Source: a virus (lineage: Duplodnaviria; Caudoviricetes). From it: 64,000 nucleotides of DNA. The notes under the pieces are model-generated. The model made no database searches, was not told the DNA's origin, and saw nothing but the letters and a program-made list of their open reading frames with translations. The stretch covers positions 1 to 64,000 of IMG/VR virus record IMGVR_UViG_3300037424_000723; one strand, written 5' to 3'. The position numbers and the translations under genes are program-made. This document shows, piece after piece, positions 36,036 to 45,841 of this stretch (within the stretch, counting starts at the first letter, position 1; every line of letters starts with the position of its first letter).

Positions 36036-36254
36036 ATGACTAAACAAGAACATTTAGACTGGTGCAAAGGGAGAGCTTTGGAATATGTCAAAGATAATGA
36101 CTTGAGAAATGCCTGGACTTTAATGGCATCAGACTTAAGTAAACATCCCGAAACTGAAAATCACCCGGGTATTCAACTCGGTATGATGCTACTGATGGCA
36201 AACCAACTAAACACCCCGGCCGAAATGGAAAAGTTCATTAACGGGTTTAACTAA
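36036..36254 (+). CDS. Conserved-looking phage hypothetical protein
   Basis: EHLDWCKGRALEY...SDLSKHPET; RBS GAGGA. Confidence 0.75.
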   Translation: MTKQEHLDWCKGRALEYVKDNDLRNAWTLMASDLSKHPETENHPGIQLGMMLLMANQLNTPAEMEKFINGFN

Positions 36255-36268
36255 AACAACCGAATAAC

Positions 36269-36298
36269 AAAAGACCCTCGTTAATTGAGGGTCTTTTT
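36269..36298. terminator. Bidirectional terminator between converging operons
   Basis: AAAAGACCCTC/GAGGGTCTTTT. Confidence 0.9.
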
Positions 36299-36387
36299 AT
36301 TTCCCCTTATCCATGTCATCCAGGATTGTCACCAGTAGATAAATGCACACTATCAGGACGACAACTATAAAAACGATACCCGGCATA

Positions 36388-36714
36388 TCACCTCACTATC
36401 AGCCAACCGTTAGCCCCCACCAAGTCATCCCTATTCGTATCCACTAATAATCCCCGTGCTTCCATTTGCCCTTTATGCTCATCGGCCTGACAGTCAACAA
36501 TCACGGTAGAAAACACACCCTTGCTAGTAATGAGCCAACCTTGACGGGCCATAAGATTGCAATTCGACGGCGCTGATAACACGTCAAAATCCCGTGTGCC
36601 TTCCCAACCTTTTCGGGCGACAACCGCATCTAAATCGGCGTAGCTCATCGCACCGGGTCCGTAAATCTGCTCAATTGGCAACAGGAGTAGCAACCCGATT
36701 AAGAGGCTAATCAT
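36388..36714 (-). CDS. Secreted/lipoprotein-like protein, possibly double-psi beta-barrel
   Basis: Hydrophobic N-terminus; C...G...VIVDC. Confidence 0.45.
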   Translation of the reverse strand: MISLLIGLLLLLPIEQIYGPGAMSYADLDAVVARKGWEGTRDFDVLSAPSNCNLMARQGWLITSKGVFSTVIVDCQADEHKGQMEARGLLVDTNRDDLVGANGWLIVR

Positions 36715-36979
36715 TCCCGGATAGCGCCATTCTAACCCGCTCTAATTTGTCCATTAAAACCTTGACAGATGACTCATTTGCAAATTCAAAACGCAAAAAA
36801 CATCCAAGTTCATCGGTGGATTTGCCCACAGAAGATGGATTTTCCTCACCTATCTCGCCCGGCTCTTTTTGCCTAAATGCAATGCCATAATCCAGGCACC
36901 CGTTTTCGGGTCTAATTGTGCCTATCTCAATATCACCGCTCCCAAATTTTACTACCAATTCACCTAAAATAACCGACAT
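36707..36979 (-). CDS. Hypothetical protein
   Basis: RBS GGAGG. Confidence 0.65.
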   Translation of the reverse strand: MSVILGELVVKFGSGDIEIGTIRPENGCLDYGIAFRQKEPGEIGEENPSSVGKSTDELGCFLRFEFANESSVKVLMDKLERVRMALSGND

Positions 36980-37034
36980 AACACAAAACCTCCATTATTT
37001 AATATGCCTAACAATAGGCAGATAAGCGCGGCTA

Positions 37035-37403
37035 TCATTCCTCCCCCAATAACTTTTCTACCAACTGTATCATGTACATCGCTGAATAGGGCTTTTTTAT
37101 GAATGTAGTAGCACAAGCCCGCAGTACATCGCTGATGGCCTGACTATCGGCTACACCAGATAAAACGATAATCGGTAAGGTTGGGTTACTTTGTCGCAAA
37201 ACAACACAAACTTCCTCTCCCGTTATCTCACTCTTACCCAGATCATAATCCAGGATTACCAGCGCCGGCGGAGTTGTCATAGCTGCCTCAATAGCCACCT
37301 CGCCAGTATGGGCCAGGACAATGTTATGATTGAGTTGCCCCAAAGTGGCCTTTAGAACCTCTGCCACTTGCACCATGTCATCAACGATTAAAATAGTATT
37401 CAT
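37035..37403 (-). CDS. Stand-alone response regulator receiver domain
   Basis: ILIVDD...LVILDYDL...IIVLSG...FIKKPY. Confidence 0.92.
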   Translation of the reverse strand: MNTILIVDDMVQVAEVLKATLGQLNHNIVLAHTGEVAIEAAMTTPPALVILDYDLGKSEITGEEVCVVLRQSNPTLPIIVLSGVADSQAISDVLRACATTFIKKPYSAMYMIQLVEKLLGEE

Positions 37404-37818
37404 CTACCCCCCCGTAGGCTAATTCATCAACCTCTAATGCTTCAAATTGTCGAGCCATTCTTTCAATAACTGGCACAATTTCAGTGTCGCCCATCTCATT
37501 AGCCCGGCTGATACAAATGCTCTCCGCTGTACTGATTTGCATAAAGCGGGTTTCACAATCATCGGACTTCCATTCATCCCGACGCTTACGGGTGGTATTC
37601 GTGGCGTCAAGTATGACAGTAGTGTGACCGGCCAAAAATAGCGCCCGTACCATTGTCTTGGCTACGGCCCAAACAAAAGGCTCCGCTACCGAAACAAACC
37701 GCTGGCCGTGAATAGCAAGACGAATCGAGTCCGGATTGACGATTGGAAACCCCTGCTCTTTAGCCCAGGTGGTTTTGCCCGAACGTGGTAAACCAACTAA
37801 TAGAATTAAAGTGTTCAT
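37381..37818 (-). CDS. AAA_33/polynucleotide kinase-like P-loop protein
   Basis: LVGLPRSGKTTW...NPDSIR...VILDATN...R. Confidence 0.88.
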   Translation of the reverse strand: MNTLILLVGLPRSGKTTWAKEQGFPIVNPDSIRLAIHGQRFVSVAEPFVWAVAKTMVRALFLAGHTTVILDATNTTRKRRDEWKSDDCETRFMQISTAESICISRANEMGDTEIVPVIERMARQFEALEVDELAYGGVDEYYFNR

Positions 37819-38291
37819 TATTCTCCCTTAACAATCCTGTCTATCGCTTTATCCAATGCCTCAATTTGTCGCCAGCCACGCGGCCGGCGAGCAACCTCTA
37901 TCAATACCTTGTCAAACAGATACGGGTGTAAGTCGGCTATCTGCTGCGCCAATAGCAGGTAATCCAGCCGTTTGTCATCGTAGACCATTGAGGTATCTGC
38001 TGCAAGTTCCGCCGAATCCTGGGCGCTCTCACTGGCCGCGTCCGATTGCCTGGCAAGTAGGTCGAATAGCTTGGTTAGCACTGATAGCTTGTAATTTTGT
38101 AACGTAAGCGCCTGCGAACAGGTAAGCACTATCTCGCTAAACTTGGAATGATAGGGAATGTAATCGGAGGCTTGCAGGCGGGCTATGGCATCAGCTAGGG
38201 CGGTTATCTGTTGCGCGCTGCGCTGGGCCGACCGGGCGACGCGTTGGGCATTGGTGAGGATTCTCTCGACTCTAACAGGTTTGATGCTCAC
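37818..38291 (-). CDS. Hypothetical helical protein
   Basis: Coupled ORF. Confidence 0.6.
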   Translation of the reverse strand: MSIKPVRVERILTNAQRVARSAQRSAQQITALADAIARLQASDYIPYHSKFSEIVLTCSQALTLQNYKLSVLTKLFDLLARQSDAASESAQDSAELAADTSMVYDDKRLDYLLLAQQIADLHPYLFDKVLIEVARRPRGWRQIEALDKAIDRIVKGE

Positions 38292-38872
38292 TGCTCTAAT
38301 TCCCTAATCTTTTCCTCTAACCCAGCTATCTCTATTTCTTCTTTTTCAATCGCCCGAATCACATTTACAGGCACGTCAAGGCCATAACCAGCAGCCCTCA
38401 ATTTGAAGTTGTGGAGCGTATTATTGTGTTCAAGTAGTAGCTCTTGAGCTTGCAACACTTTTAGCCGTTTGGGATGGCCTAACCGCGCATCCCGAATATC
38501 TACGCTGTTTTGGCTCAACAGAGCGTATTGTGCCTTTTCGCTATCTATCTGGGCAGCGGTTAGACGCCTAACCGAATCGTTAAGCCTTTGGACGGTCTCG
38601 CCAAAGCTATCATCAATGGTAACAAGTTTGGCCGTAGTCTCTGCCTGTTGCGTCATAAATAGCTGAATACGCGATTCGGACCGATTAAGGCGCTCGCGTT
38701 CAAGCGCAATCGTTTGGGCCTGTAAATCAAGCTCACGCGCCCGATTGTCAACCTCTCTGCGCTGAATTGTTAATTCATCATCCTTAAGCCGGTTAGCCTC
38801 TGCCGTTACTTTGGCGAGTTCGGCAACCTGACTTAATATGTTTGCCGCGTCCTGCTGCGTTCTGTCATCCAA
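38288..38872 (-). CDS. Coiled-coil protein with C-terminal AAxYGLDVP...IE domain
   Basis: Heptad repeats; LHNFKLRAAGYGLDVPVNVIRAIEKEEIEIAGLEEKIREL. Confidence 0.65.
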   Translation of the reverse strand: MDDRTQQDAANILSQVAELAKVTAEANRLKDDELTIQRREVDNRARELDLQAQTIALERERLNRSESRIQLFMTQQAETTAKLVTIDDSFGETVQRLNDSVRRLTAAQIDSEKAQYALLSQNSVDIRDARLGHPKRLKVLQAQELLLEHNNTLHNFKLRAAGYGLDVPVNVIRAIEKEEIEIAGLEEKIRELEQ

Positions 38873-38888
38873 GATACCAGCCCCAAAT

Positions 38889-38935
38889 AAAAAGCCCGTT
38901 TAGGGTAGTATATCACCAAACGGGCTATGTGTCTA
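38889..38935 (-). promoter_or_regulatory. Terminator overlapped by a promoter
   Basis: Stem AGCCCGTTT/AAACGGGCT with T-run; TAGACA-17-TATACT with the -10 in the loop. Confidence 0.6.
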
Positions 38936-38973
38936 TGGACTTATGGCAAGATTAAGACTTCTAACTTTTTGAG

Positions 38974-39216
38974 CTATTCATAAAGCACTGTTACAATCTC
39001 GTTATGTCGTTTGCTGTAGACCACTATCATAACCTTACCTTGATACGTCACCCGATGTAATGATCTGTCCAATGAAGTACGCCGAATAAACTCGGATTTG
39101 CCATCCTTGATAAGCTGCCGGATTAGGCGTGTATCTTGGCTAGTTAGATTAAGTCCGAAGCGTTCATTGGCCCGGCGCTTGGTATGATTGCGGAATTGTC
39201 TATCGCGATGTGACAC
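38974..39216 (-). CDS. Small basic protein (HAxxRxxER motif, RelE/DUF4258-like)
   Basis: HTKRRANERFG...VVYSK...IVTVL. Confidence 0.55.
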   Translation of the reverse strand: MSHRDRQFRNHTKRRANERFGLNLTSQDTRLIRQLIKDGKSEFIRRTSLDRSLHRVTYQGKVMIVVYSKRHNEIVTVLYE

Positions 39217-39360
39217 TTTTATTTACTCGCCTCAACTCACTCTGTAGCTTCTTAATCTCACACATCAACTTGGCATTTAACTCAACTTGTGCATTTAGGC
39301 GTAGTAAGGCATCGTGATATTTTTGGGCCATTGTGTCAAGTTCTTCTACTTCATCGGTGG

Positions 39361-39690
39361 TCATTCTTCCCTTAACCTTCGCTCCGCTTCATTGTTTAGT
39401 CTATTTGCTTCACATTCCAACTCAAACATATCAAAACCAGCCGCTTCGCAAACTATCCACAATTTAGCCAACAGAGTACGAGCATCGTCTTTGCCCATCA
39501 TCACGTATAGGAAAGATTCATTAAAAAACGGCGCACCGTCACTTTGTTTGGCAAAGTCCTCTGGTAGTCCAGTTACGCATATAAAGTCAGACGGTTTTGT
39601 TAATTCAGGAATCCATCTAAGCAAATGAATTAAAGCATCTTTAAGTGTCATAATTCCCCCTTTCGCCATAAATAATAGTGATGTTGACAA
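39361..39690 (-). CDS. Hypothetical protein
   Basis: Internal RBS GGGGG before MTLKDAL suggests a later start. Confidence 0.55.
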   Translation of the reverse strand: MSTSLLFMAKGGIMTLKDALIHLLRWIPELTKPSDFICVTGLPEDFAKQSDGAPFFNESFLYVMMGKDDARTLLAKLWIVCEAAGFDMFELECEANRLNNEAERRLREE

Positions 39691-39724
39691 TGTACTATCA
39701 GCGCCAGCGGTGGATAAATCGTTT

Positions 39725-40429
39725 TCATTTTGGATAAGGCAACACGGGCCATTTTAGCGCCTTACGCAGTTCTTTGCGTTGACGCTTGTTACCGAGAAAA
39801 TAGACGTAACGATGCTTAATAGTCCTTTTCTCTTTTGTAACATCTAATCCCAGGCTAACCAATTGCTCTATACTTTGTGTTCCATAAATATTAAAAACAC
39901 CCTTACCGCTTATCCTGTTCCCATTTACCGTCATTTCGCTAGATGTGCCACCAGGAGAACTAAGGCCCGTATAAATCCAATTAGTAGCCTGATAAATATA
40001 TCCAGTGTGGTTTTGTCCTTTATCGGCGTAGCTAACAAATGCTAAATAGTTAGATGGCATCACCTTAAACGATTGTCCAATTAGCCAGCTTTCTCCGTTT
40101 CTGCCAACCCAATCAGAAATATAAAGTCGGTTTAGTTCAAGTGTATTTTGGCGATATTTTTCACCGCATACCCCTTGAACCTCTGGGGCTGGCGGTATAC
40201 CGTAAGTACAAACCCCTGCTAGTATCCCATCAACGAACATACCAACGGCCACAACAATAGATGGCACTCTATGAGCATAATGGTAGGTCTCTACCATCCT
40301 AGCCGCTGTCTCGTGATTTATCAACCGTGCCTCACATCGAGTAACATCCAAAACCGGCATAACGGGATGATCTAAGTCGAATAGGTTAAGCTGTGCCTCT
40401 GCTACTTTATATGATTTACGTTTGCTCAT
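39725..40429 (-). CDS. Mom-like DNA-modifying acetyltransferase
   Basis: HYAHR...GVCTYGIP...LELNRL...ESWLIG...SYADKGQNHTGYIYQATNWIYTG. Confidence 0.85.
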   Translation of the reverse strand: MSKRKSYKVAEAQLNLFDLDHPVMPVLDVTRCEARLINHETAARMVETYHYAHRVPSIVVAVGMFVDGILAGVCTYGIPPAPEVQGVCGEKYRQNTLELNRLYISDWVGRNGESWLIGQSFKVMPSNYLAFVSYADKGQNHTGYIYQATNWIYTGLSSPGGTSSEMTVNGNRISGKGVFNIYGTQSIEQLVSLGLDVTKEKRTIKHRYVYFLGNKRQRKELRKALKWPVLPYPK

Positions 40430-40640
40430 AGCTCACCTTATCGTTCTCATCCCAACCCTTCATAGTCAGCCATACCGCCGCCTTACCCTTATTGACCAGG
40501 CCGGCACGTTGCATCCGGCACAAGTGGGTATTGATTGTGTTATGGTTTTGGCCCGTAAGCGCAACGATTTGCGCCTCGGTTGACTTACCACCATTCAGGG
40601 CGATTAAGTGAATGATGCGGAGTTGCGTTGGTGTTGACAT
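40416..40640 (-). CDS. Winged-helix DNA-binding protein
   Basis: QIVALTGQNHNTINTHLCRMQRAGLV. Confidence 0.7.
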   Translation of the reverse strand: MSTPTQLRIIHLIALNGGKSTEAQIVALTGQNHNTINTHLCRMQRAGLVNKGKAAVWLTMKGWDENDKVSYEQT

Positions 40641-40873
40641 TAGTCACTTTCCACCAGTTTAACAAGGTCAACATTAGGATTATCCGACCGTCGCCAGGCT
40701 ATTTTCATAGCATCATTTGCACCAAGTACGATGTCAAGGATGTTGAGCCACTTTTCACGGTCATCTTGATTTTCCAATGTGATAATTATATCAACACGTC
40801 TATCGGGCATTTTGACTACTTCAGCCCTAAATTGCTCAATTTGTCTTTGTTCATTGGGAGTTAAAAGTCGCAT
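40640..40873 (-). CDS. Hypothetical protein
   Basis: RBS AAGGAGG. Confidence 0.65.
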   Translation of the reverse strand: MRLLTPNEQRQIEQFRAEVVKMPDRRVDIIITLENQDDREKWLNILDIVLGANDAMKIAWRRSDNPNVDLVKLVESD

Positions 40874-40911
40874 CAGATTAAACCTCCTTTATATAATTCA
40901 TATCCAATAAC

Positions 40912-40939
40912 TTGCATGTCTGACATATCATGCTATAAT
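40912..40939 (+). promoter_or_regulatory. Promoter of the antisense HNH (leaderless)
   Basis: TTGCAT-16-TATAAT with extended TG, 6 nt before ATG 40946. Confidence 0.7.
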
Positions 40940-40945
40940 ACTCTT

Positions 40946-41671
40946 ATGTCAAATCAAAAAATACGTGATTATCATAATAATCGAAGACGACTTATAAAGT
41001 TGGGACAATGGATACCAAGTAGACCAGCAGGAAGGCTTGGAAAAAACATTGTTTGCGATAACTGTAAAAAAGAGTTTTATCGAAGTCCAGCAAATAGAGG
41101 GCCAGGTAATCAATATTGCTCTGAAAAATGCATGTCTGAGGCATTCATAGGTAAGCGTCTCGGAAAAGACCACCCCAGATGGAAGGGAGTAGAAATTAGA
41201 CCATGTGGAGGATGTGGAAAAGAAGTATCTAGGCCACCGTGGAGAGCAAAAGGCCGAACAAATTTCTTTTGTGACCAAAAGTGTTTCGCTATATGGAAAG
41301 CGGAAAATTACACAGGGAAAGATAACCCATGCTGGCGCGGTGGTCATCCTCCCTATTATGGCCCAAACTGGCAACGGCAATCTAGGGAAGCTAGAAAAAG
41401 GGACAATCATCAATGCCAAAGTTGTAATATTCACGAGGATAATCTTAGACGTGCTTTGGATGTACATCATATTCTACCAATAAGATATTTTGAGGAAGAA
41501 AATTACAAAGAAGCAAATAAACTTAGTAATTTAATATCCCTGTGTGAGGTATGCCATACTACAGCAGAGCATATATGTAAATATGGTACTATCTCAACAT
41601 GGAGTGAACTTAAACCACTTCTTTTATCTCGTATTGACCCGACGCAATCTCGCAATCTAAAAGGTTCTTAA
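40946..41671 (+). CDS. HNH endonuclease with Zn-finger repeats, antisense to the operon
   Basis: CDNCKKEF..., YCSEKC, FCDQKC; RKRDNHQCQSC...DVHHILP...NLISLCEVCH. Confidence 0.93.
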   Translation: MSNQKIRDYHNNRRRLIKLGQWIPSRPAGRLGKNIVCDNCKKEFYRSPANRGPGNQYCSEKCMSEAFIGKRLGKDHPRWKGVEIRPCGGCGKEVSRPPWRAKGRTNFFCDQKCFAIWKAENYTGKDNPCWRGGHPPYYGPNWQRQSREARKRDNHQCQSCNIHEDNLRRALDVHHILPIRYFEEENYKEANKLSNLISLCEVCHTTAEHICKYGTISTWSELKPLLLSRIDPTQSRNLKGS

Positions 41672-43088
41672 TACCAGTATACCAATACTCTGGCTTTAGT
41701 TCTGCTAAGATTGCTTTTCTATTTAGCTTGATTGCACTTACCCCCTCCGAAGCAATTCCCCCATAGGGAGACATAACCACTTCACCCGATTTAGTATACT
41801 CTAAAATCAAACGCTCAATTAAGTCCAGTTGCAAGGGGCAAATATGCTTCTCTGAGGCATCATCCTTAACCCCCTTAGAATTTAGCACATTAGTTTGAAC
41901 AATATCCATCCAACAATTCGGATGCGATTCCGGCAAGCCTTCCAAGTCAAACCAAACAGGCGAAGCGTAACGTTGCCAGGTTAGAATCGAGTAATAACCC
42001 TGATCTCTCCAACCTGTCGGCGGTAGTGTGCCAACATAATCAGGATGAAACTCATTACCTCTGATAATCGGTTCTCTCCACGTTTCCCGATGCTCTTCTA
42101 TAAATTCAACCTCACCGTCAACCTGTTTGGAGAATCGCTCGACTATCTCGAACTTTTGGTAATCTACGTCAGGCGGTTGCAGGTGATGCTGGACGGCGCC
42201 CGATTCAAATTCGCCGGCCCAATTGCGAAAAGTGACTAGAAATGAGCCATCGGTTAAAGAGGTGCGAGAGTGAAACTTCCAACCATCAACCGCTTCAAAT
42301 CTCTGGACAATATCAGTCATCATTTGCGCTGTACAATGGATAGTTACCAAACGGCCGGGAGTAGTCACGTTTAGGAGCTGACTGATAAACGGATAGTCAT
42401 ACTCCTTACCTGTCCAGAATGAATACTGAATCGGTTGACTTAAGAACGGGGTATCAACTCGCCCTCTAATATCCTGACAAAGCGGAGTTGATATTAAATC
42501 GCCCTCGTTTGTCCACTGATGAACGCAACGCTCAATTGTACCAGCATTAGCAGGGGGTAACTCATCTTCTACCTGCTTACCACCCTTTTGGAAGATTAGG
42601 ACATAATCAGCGCACCCTTGCCGGGTAACTTCTCCCCGTTCCCTAAACGACTTGTGAAGCAGGCCATAGGTTTTAGTCCGTTGCATCTCAATTACCGGGT
42701 CTTTCCAGATGGTTATCCAACGGGCAAAAGTAAACCCAACCGATTGAGCCAAGCGGATGATATGGCCGGGGAAGTCATATAGACCAGCGTAACCATGAGA
42801 GGACATATAGCGCATGGTATCCTTGCAGTGGATAGCAATATACCGACCATCTTTTAATATACGGAATTTCTCTTGCAGAGCAAAGCGATAACCCTCATAA
42901 AATTCAGCCTCAGAGCCGGTGTTGCCGAGGTCAGCAATGGAGTCCGAATAAATATACAGCGACAAAAACGGTAAACTTTCACATTGAAAGTCAATGCAAT
43001 TATCGGGTAGGTTTTGCATAACGAATACACAGTCACCATTATAGCTTACCCAGTTCTTTCCAAATTTTTGGTTAATTATTGTACTCAA
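41610..43088 (-). CDS. N6/N4 DNA methyltransferase, two-domain
   Basis: YNGDC...SLPFLSLYIYSD...KHICPLQLDLIER...VMSPYGGIASEG; TTG start at 43088 inferred. Confidence 0.88.
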   Translation of the reverse strand: MSTIINQKFGKNWVSYNGDCVFVMQNLPDNCIDFQCESLPFLSLYIYSDSIADLGNTGSEAEFYEGYRFALQEKFRILKDGRYIAIHCKDTMRYMSSHGYAGLYDFPGHIIRLAQSVGFTFARWITIWKDPVIEMQRTKTYGLLHKSFRERGEVTRQGCADYVLIFQKGGKQVEDELPPANAGTIERCVHQWTNEGDLISTPLCQDIRGRVDTPFLSQPIQYSFWTGKEYDYPFISQLLNVTTPGRLVTIHCTAQMMTDIVQRFEAVDGWKFHSRTSLTDGSFLVTFRNWAGEFESGAVQHHLQPPDVDYQKFEIVERFSKQVDGEVEFIEEHRETWREPIIRGNEFHPDYVGTLPPTGWRDQGYYSILTWQRYASPVWFDLEGLPESHPNCWMDIVQTNVLNSKGVKDDASEKHICPLQLDLIERLILEYTKSGEVVMSPYGGIASEGVSAIKLNRKAILAELKPEYWYTGIKNLLDCEIASGQYEIKEVV

Positions 43089-43788
43089 TGATAAACTCCT
43101 TTTGTGTGTTTTCTCGACTATGTACCCAGTAATGACAAGGTTCACAAAGTAAAACTAAATTACAAAGTTGTCCTCTGGCTTCCCTGCAAGCAAAGCTGAT
43201 TATATGATGAATATCAAGCGGGGTTTTATTTTCATTGTATTTGACTAATCCACACTTGCGACATTTACCATAATCTCTACGCCAAACGAGATTAGCGGTT
43301 TGTTTCCATTCAGGAGTACCATAGAACGCTTGACGTTCTGGAGTTATACCACCCCTCCAAACGGGACTAATTGCTCCTGTCTTACCCTTGAGCCAATGGA
43401 CACCATCTTTGTTTAGATAAGGTACTCGACCATCTTTTAATGCGGCTTGCCTAATTTTTTCTTTTGTCTCAAGTGTTGACTTTCTACCTTTAGGATTAAA
43501 AGCTTCGGGGTTGTTTTTTCTAGCCTTAACTATATTTTGCCCACGCGGTCTAGTTGGTATACCCGCCGCTTTAAGCATGCGCCAAACACTTTTAGGTGCT
43601 CTGTTTATCAACCTGCCAATATCATAAATGCCTAACCCCTCATCTATATACTTTTGCTTTAACCATTCATCGGTAACAAGAGTATATTTTCGAGTACCCT
43701 CCGCAACACAACCTACTGAGCAATATTTTCTAGGGACATGCGCTTCAATATCGTTACCACAATTCAGGCAAATAGAATGAATACTCAT
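43072..43788 (-). CDS. HNH endonuclease
   Basis: YCSVGC; WRGG; RRDYGKCRKC...DIHHII...NLVLLCEPCH. Confidence 0.93.
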   Translation of the reverse strand: MSIHSICLNCGNDIEAHVPRKYCSVGCVAEGTRKYTLVTDEWLKQKYIDEGLGIYDIGRLINRAPKSVWRMLKAAGIPTRPRGQNIVKARKNNPEAFNPKGRKSTLETKEKIRQAALKDGRVPYLNKDGVHWLKGKTGAISPVWRGGITPERQAFYGTPEWKQTANLVWRRDYGKCRKCGLVKYNENKTPLDIHHIISFACREARGQLCNLVLLCEPCHYWVHSRENTQKEFIIEYNN

Positions 43789-44390
43789 TTTAACTCCATC
43801 ATAACCTGAATTGAATTTAATCGTTCTGCTGCCTGTCCCCCTGTTGCCACGTCAATTTCGTATCCGATACACTCGCGGTCTAATTGCTCACAAACATAGG
43901 GAACAGTACCAGAGCCACAAAAAGGGTCAAAGATTAAGTCGCCCTTGTGAGTAAAGTCTAAAATCCAGCGCCGGTATGCTTCAGTGTTTTTATTCCACTT
44001 GTGCTTGCCCTGCGCTGCGCCTTTGGCTATTATGGTATCAAGAGTACGGGTATGAGGCTTGTGCTTACCCTTTGTAAACCAGAGGGCCGGAGTTGTCCAA
44101 GTCATGATATTGTAACCACGTAACGCAGCGAATTGTTTAGCCTGGACAACGTAGTAAAGCGGTTTAACAAAAGTGAGATGACGCATCATAACAAGGTGAC
44201 AAGCAAACATCTTAATATCACTACAAAAGGCAATAACTGAGGAATCGGGCTTAAGCACCCGTAAAGCGGTTTTTGCTAACCATTCATAATCCTCTATGTT
44301 TTCATACACCGGATCAGTAATAATAAAATCAACCGACTCATCCGGTATTTGTTTGGCTAACTCAATAGCATTACCTACCGTTATAGCCAT
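43785..44390 (-). CDS. N6/N4 DNA methyltransferase
   Basis: VDFIITDPVY...DLIFDPFCGSGT. Confidence 0.92.
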   Translation of the reverse strand: MAITVGNAIELAKQIPDESVDFIITDPVYENIEDYEWLAKTALRVLKPDSSVIAFCSDIKMFACHLVMMRHLTFVKPLYYVVQAKQFAALRGYNIMTWTTPALWFTKGKHKPHTRTLDTIIAKGAAQGKHKWNKNTEAYRRWILDFTHKGDLIFDPFCGSGTVPYVCEQLDRECIGYEIDVATGGQAAERLNSIQVMMELK

Positions 44391-45841
44391 GTCGGTAACT
44401 CCATTTTCATAGTACCAGTGTCAGTTGTCAACAGTTTGCGGTCAGTACGCCACAACCCGAATTTGTCATAGATGCGCTTAATCCAGATGTGCATGTGTTT
44501 ATCTTGATGCTCTTTACGCTTGATAGAGTTGATAATCCCCTGCTCAGTTTCAGTGGCTATCATATTGACGGTGGTTTGCCGCTTATTACCATAACGATTA
44601 GTACGGGCTATCATCTGAGCAAATTTCTCCCAAGAGTAATTGATACTAACCATCGTTTGCACATTGCAGTGTTGCCAATTTAGGCCGAGGCCCGCTATCT
44701 TTGACTTGGTGACAATTCGCCGCGCATCGCCCCGACTAAAAGCGTCAAGCTTCGCTTCTTTGTTTTCAAGCGAGTCATCGCCCTTAACCTCTACGCCCCA
44801 ATCTTTACCGTATTTATCCTGTAGCTGTTTGGCAAGTAGCTCGGATTCAACGTTGAGATCACACCAGAGAATATGATAATCGTTGACCTGCTCATCTAAT
44901 TCAATAGCCTTACAAACCCGGTCAGAGTAGGTAACTTGTTTTTCTCGCCACATATTAGTAGAGGAAGGGTTATCGGGCAAAAAAAGAAGGTGTTGACCGC
45001 GCTTATCAGTCATCTCCCATGCTCGTTTATGGTCAACATCAAGGGTATAAAAGCACATATCAAGTGGGGGTAAGGTGTAGCCCTCATCACTGCCACCGAT
45101 AACTGAGGGAGTATCAACTACGAGCGCCCAGGTTGTAACCCAGCGCCAGAAGTCCTCTTCTCCCAATGGCTTGATCTTATACTTACCGGCTACAATCTCA
45201 CCCGTTTTAACTTTGCCCATTGTCATAAACCAATTAGCAAGCATCTGGTTTGATGGCATAACTCCCAACGCCTCGCCCTGATTGCCAATTTCCATATAAT
45301 CATTACGGGTAAATGTACCAGAGGCACATAGTCCGTAGCGTACTTGGTTCATAAAAGGAATAACAAACTTTTTAGTCTCACCCTGATAACTGGCAAGGAT
45401 ACTAGATTCGTCAATTATCAAACCACCCTTTTTCCACATATCAGGAGTAAACTTGCGCCGGAACATATCAAAGTTGACAATGGTTATAGGGGAGTCGGCT
45501 AGTCGAGCGTCATCCATAGAACGGATTAGCTCAATATCTACGCCGATCTTTTGGCCCTCGCGGATTGTTTGACGGGCGACGGCAAGGGGAGTTACAATTA
45601 AAACCCTTTCCCCTTTCGTGTACTTATTAACCAATCTAGCAAACTCGACTTGGGCTATTGTTTTCCCAAGTCCCATTTTCCAACCCATCAATGCTTTACC
45701 GAGCTTCAATGACCACTGCACCCCTAATGCTTGCCAGTCAAATAGCATCGGGTGAATTTCCGATAGATCAATATCAAAACCTTGCGGGGTAGCTGATATT
45801 TGTTTATAGAGTAGATAATCTTCATAAGTGGCAAAGCTCAT
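44381..45841 (-). CDS. SNF2-like superfamily 2 helicase
   Basis: MGLGKT; LIIDESS; ASGT; KIAGLGLNWQ; QMIARTNRYG. Confidence 0.9.
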   Translation of the reverse strand: MSFATYEDYLLYKQISATPQGFDIDLSEIHPMLFDWQALGVQWSLKLGKALMGWKMGLGKTIAQVEFARLVNKYTKGERVLIVTPLAVARQTIREGQKIGVDIELIRSMDDARLADSPITIVNFDMFRRKFTPDMWKKGGLIIDESSILASYQGETKKFVIPFMNQVRYGLCASGTFTRNDYMEIGNQGEALGVMPSNQMLANWFMTMGKVKTGEIVAGKYKIKPLGEEDFWRWVTTWALVVDTPSVIGGSDEGYTLPPLDMCFYTLDVDHKRAWEMTDKRGQHLLFLPDNPSSTNMWREKQVTYSDRVCKAIELDEQVNDYHILWCDLNVESELLAKQLQDKYGKDWGVEVKGDDSLENKEAKLDAFSRGDARRIVTKSKIAGLGLNWQHCNVQTMVSINYSWEKFAQMIARTNRYGNKRQTTVNMIATETEQGIINSIKRKEHQDKHMHIWIKRIYDKFGLWRTDRKLLTTDTGTMKMELPTWL

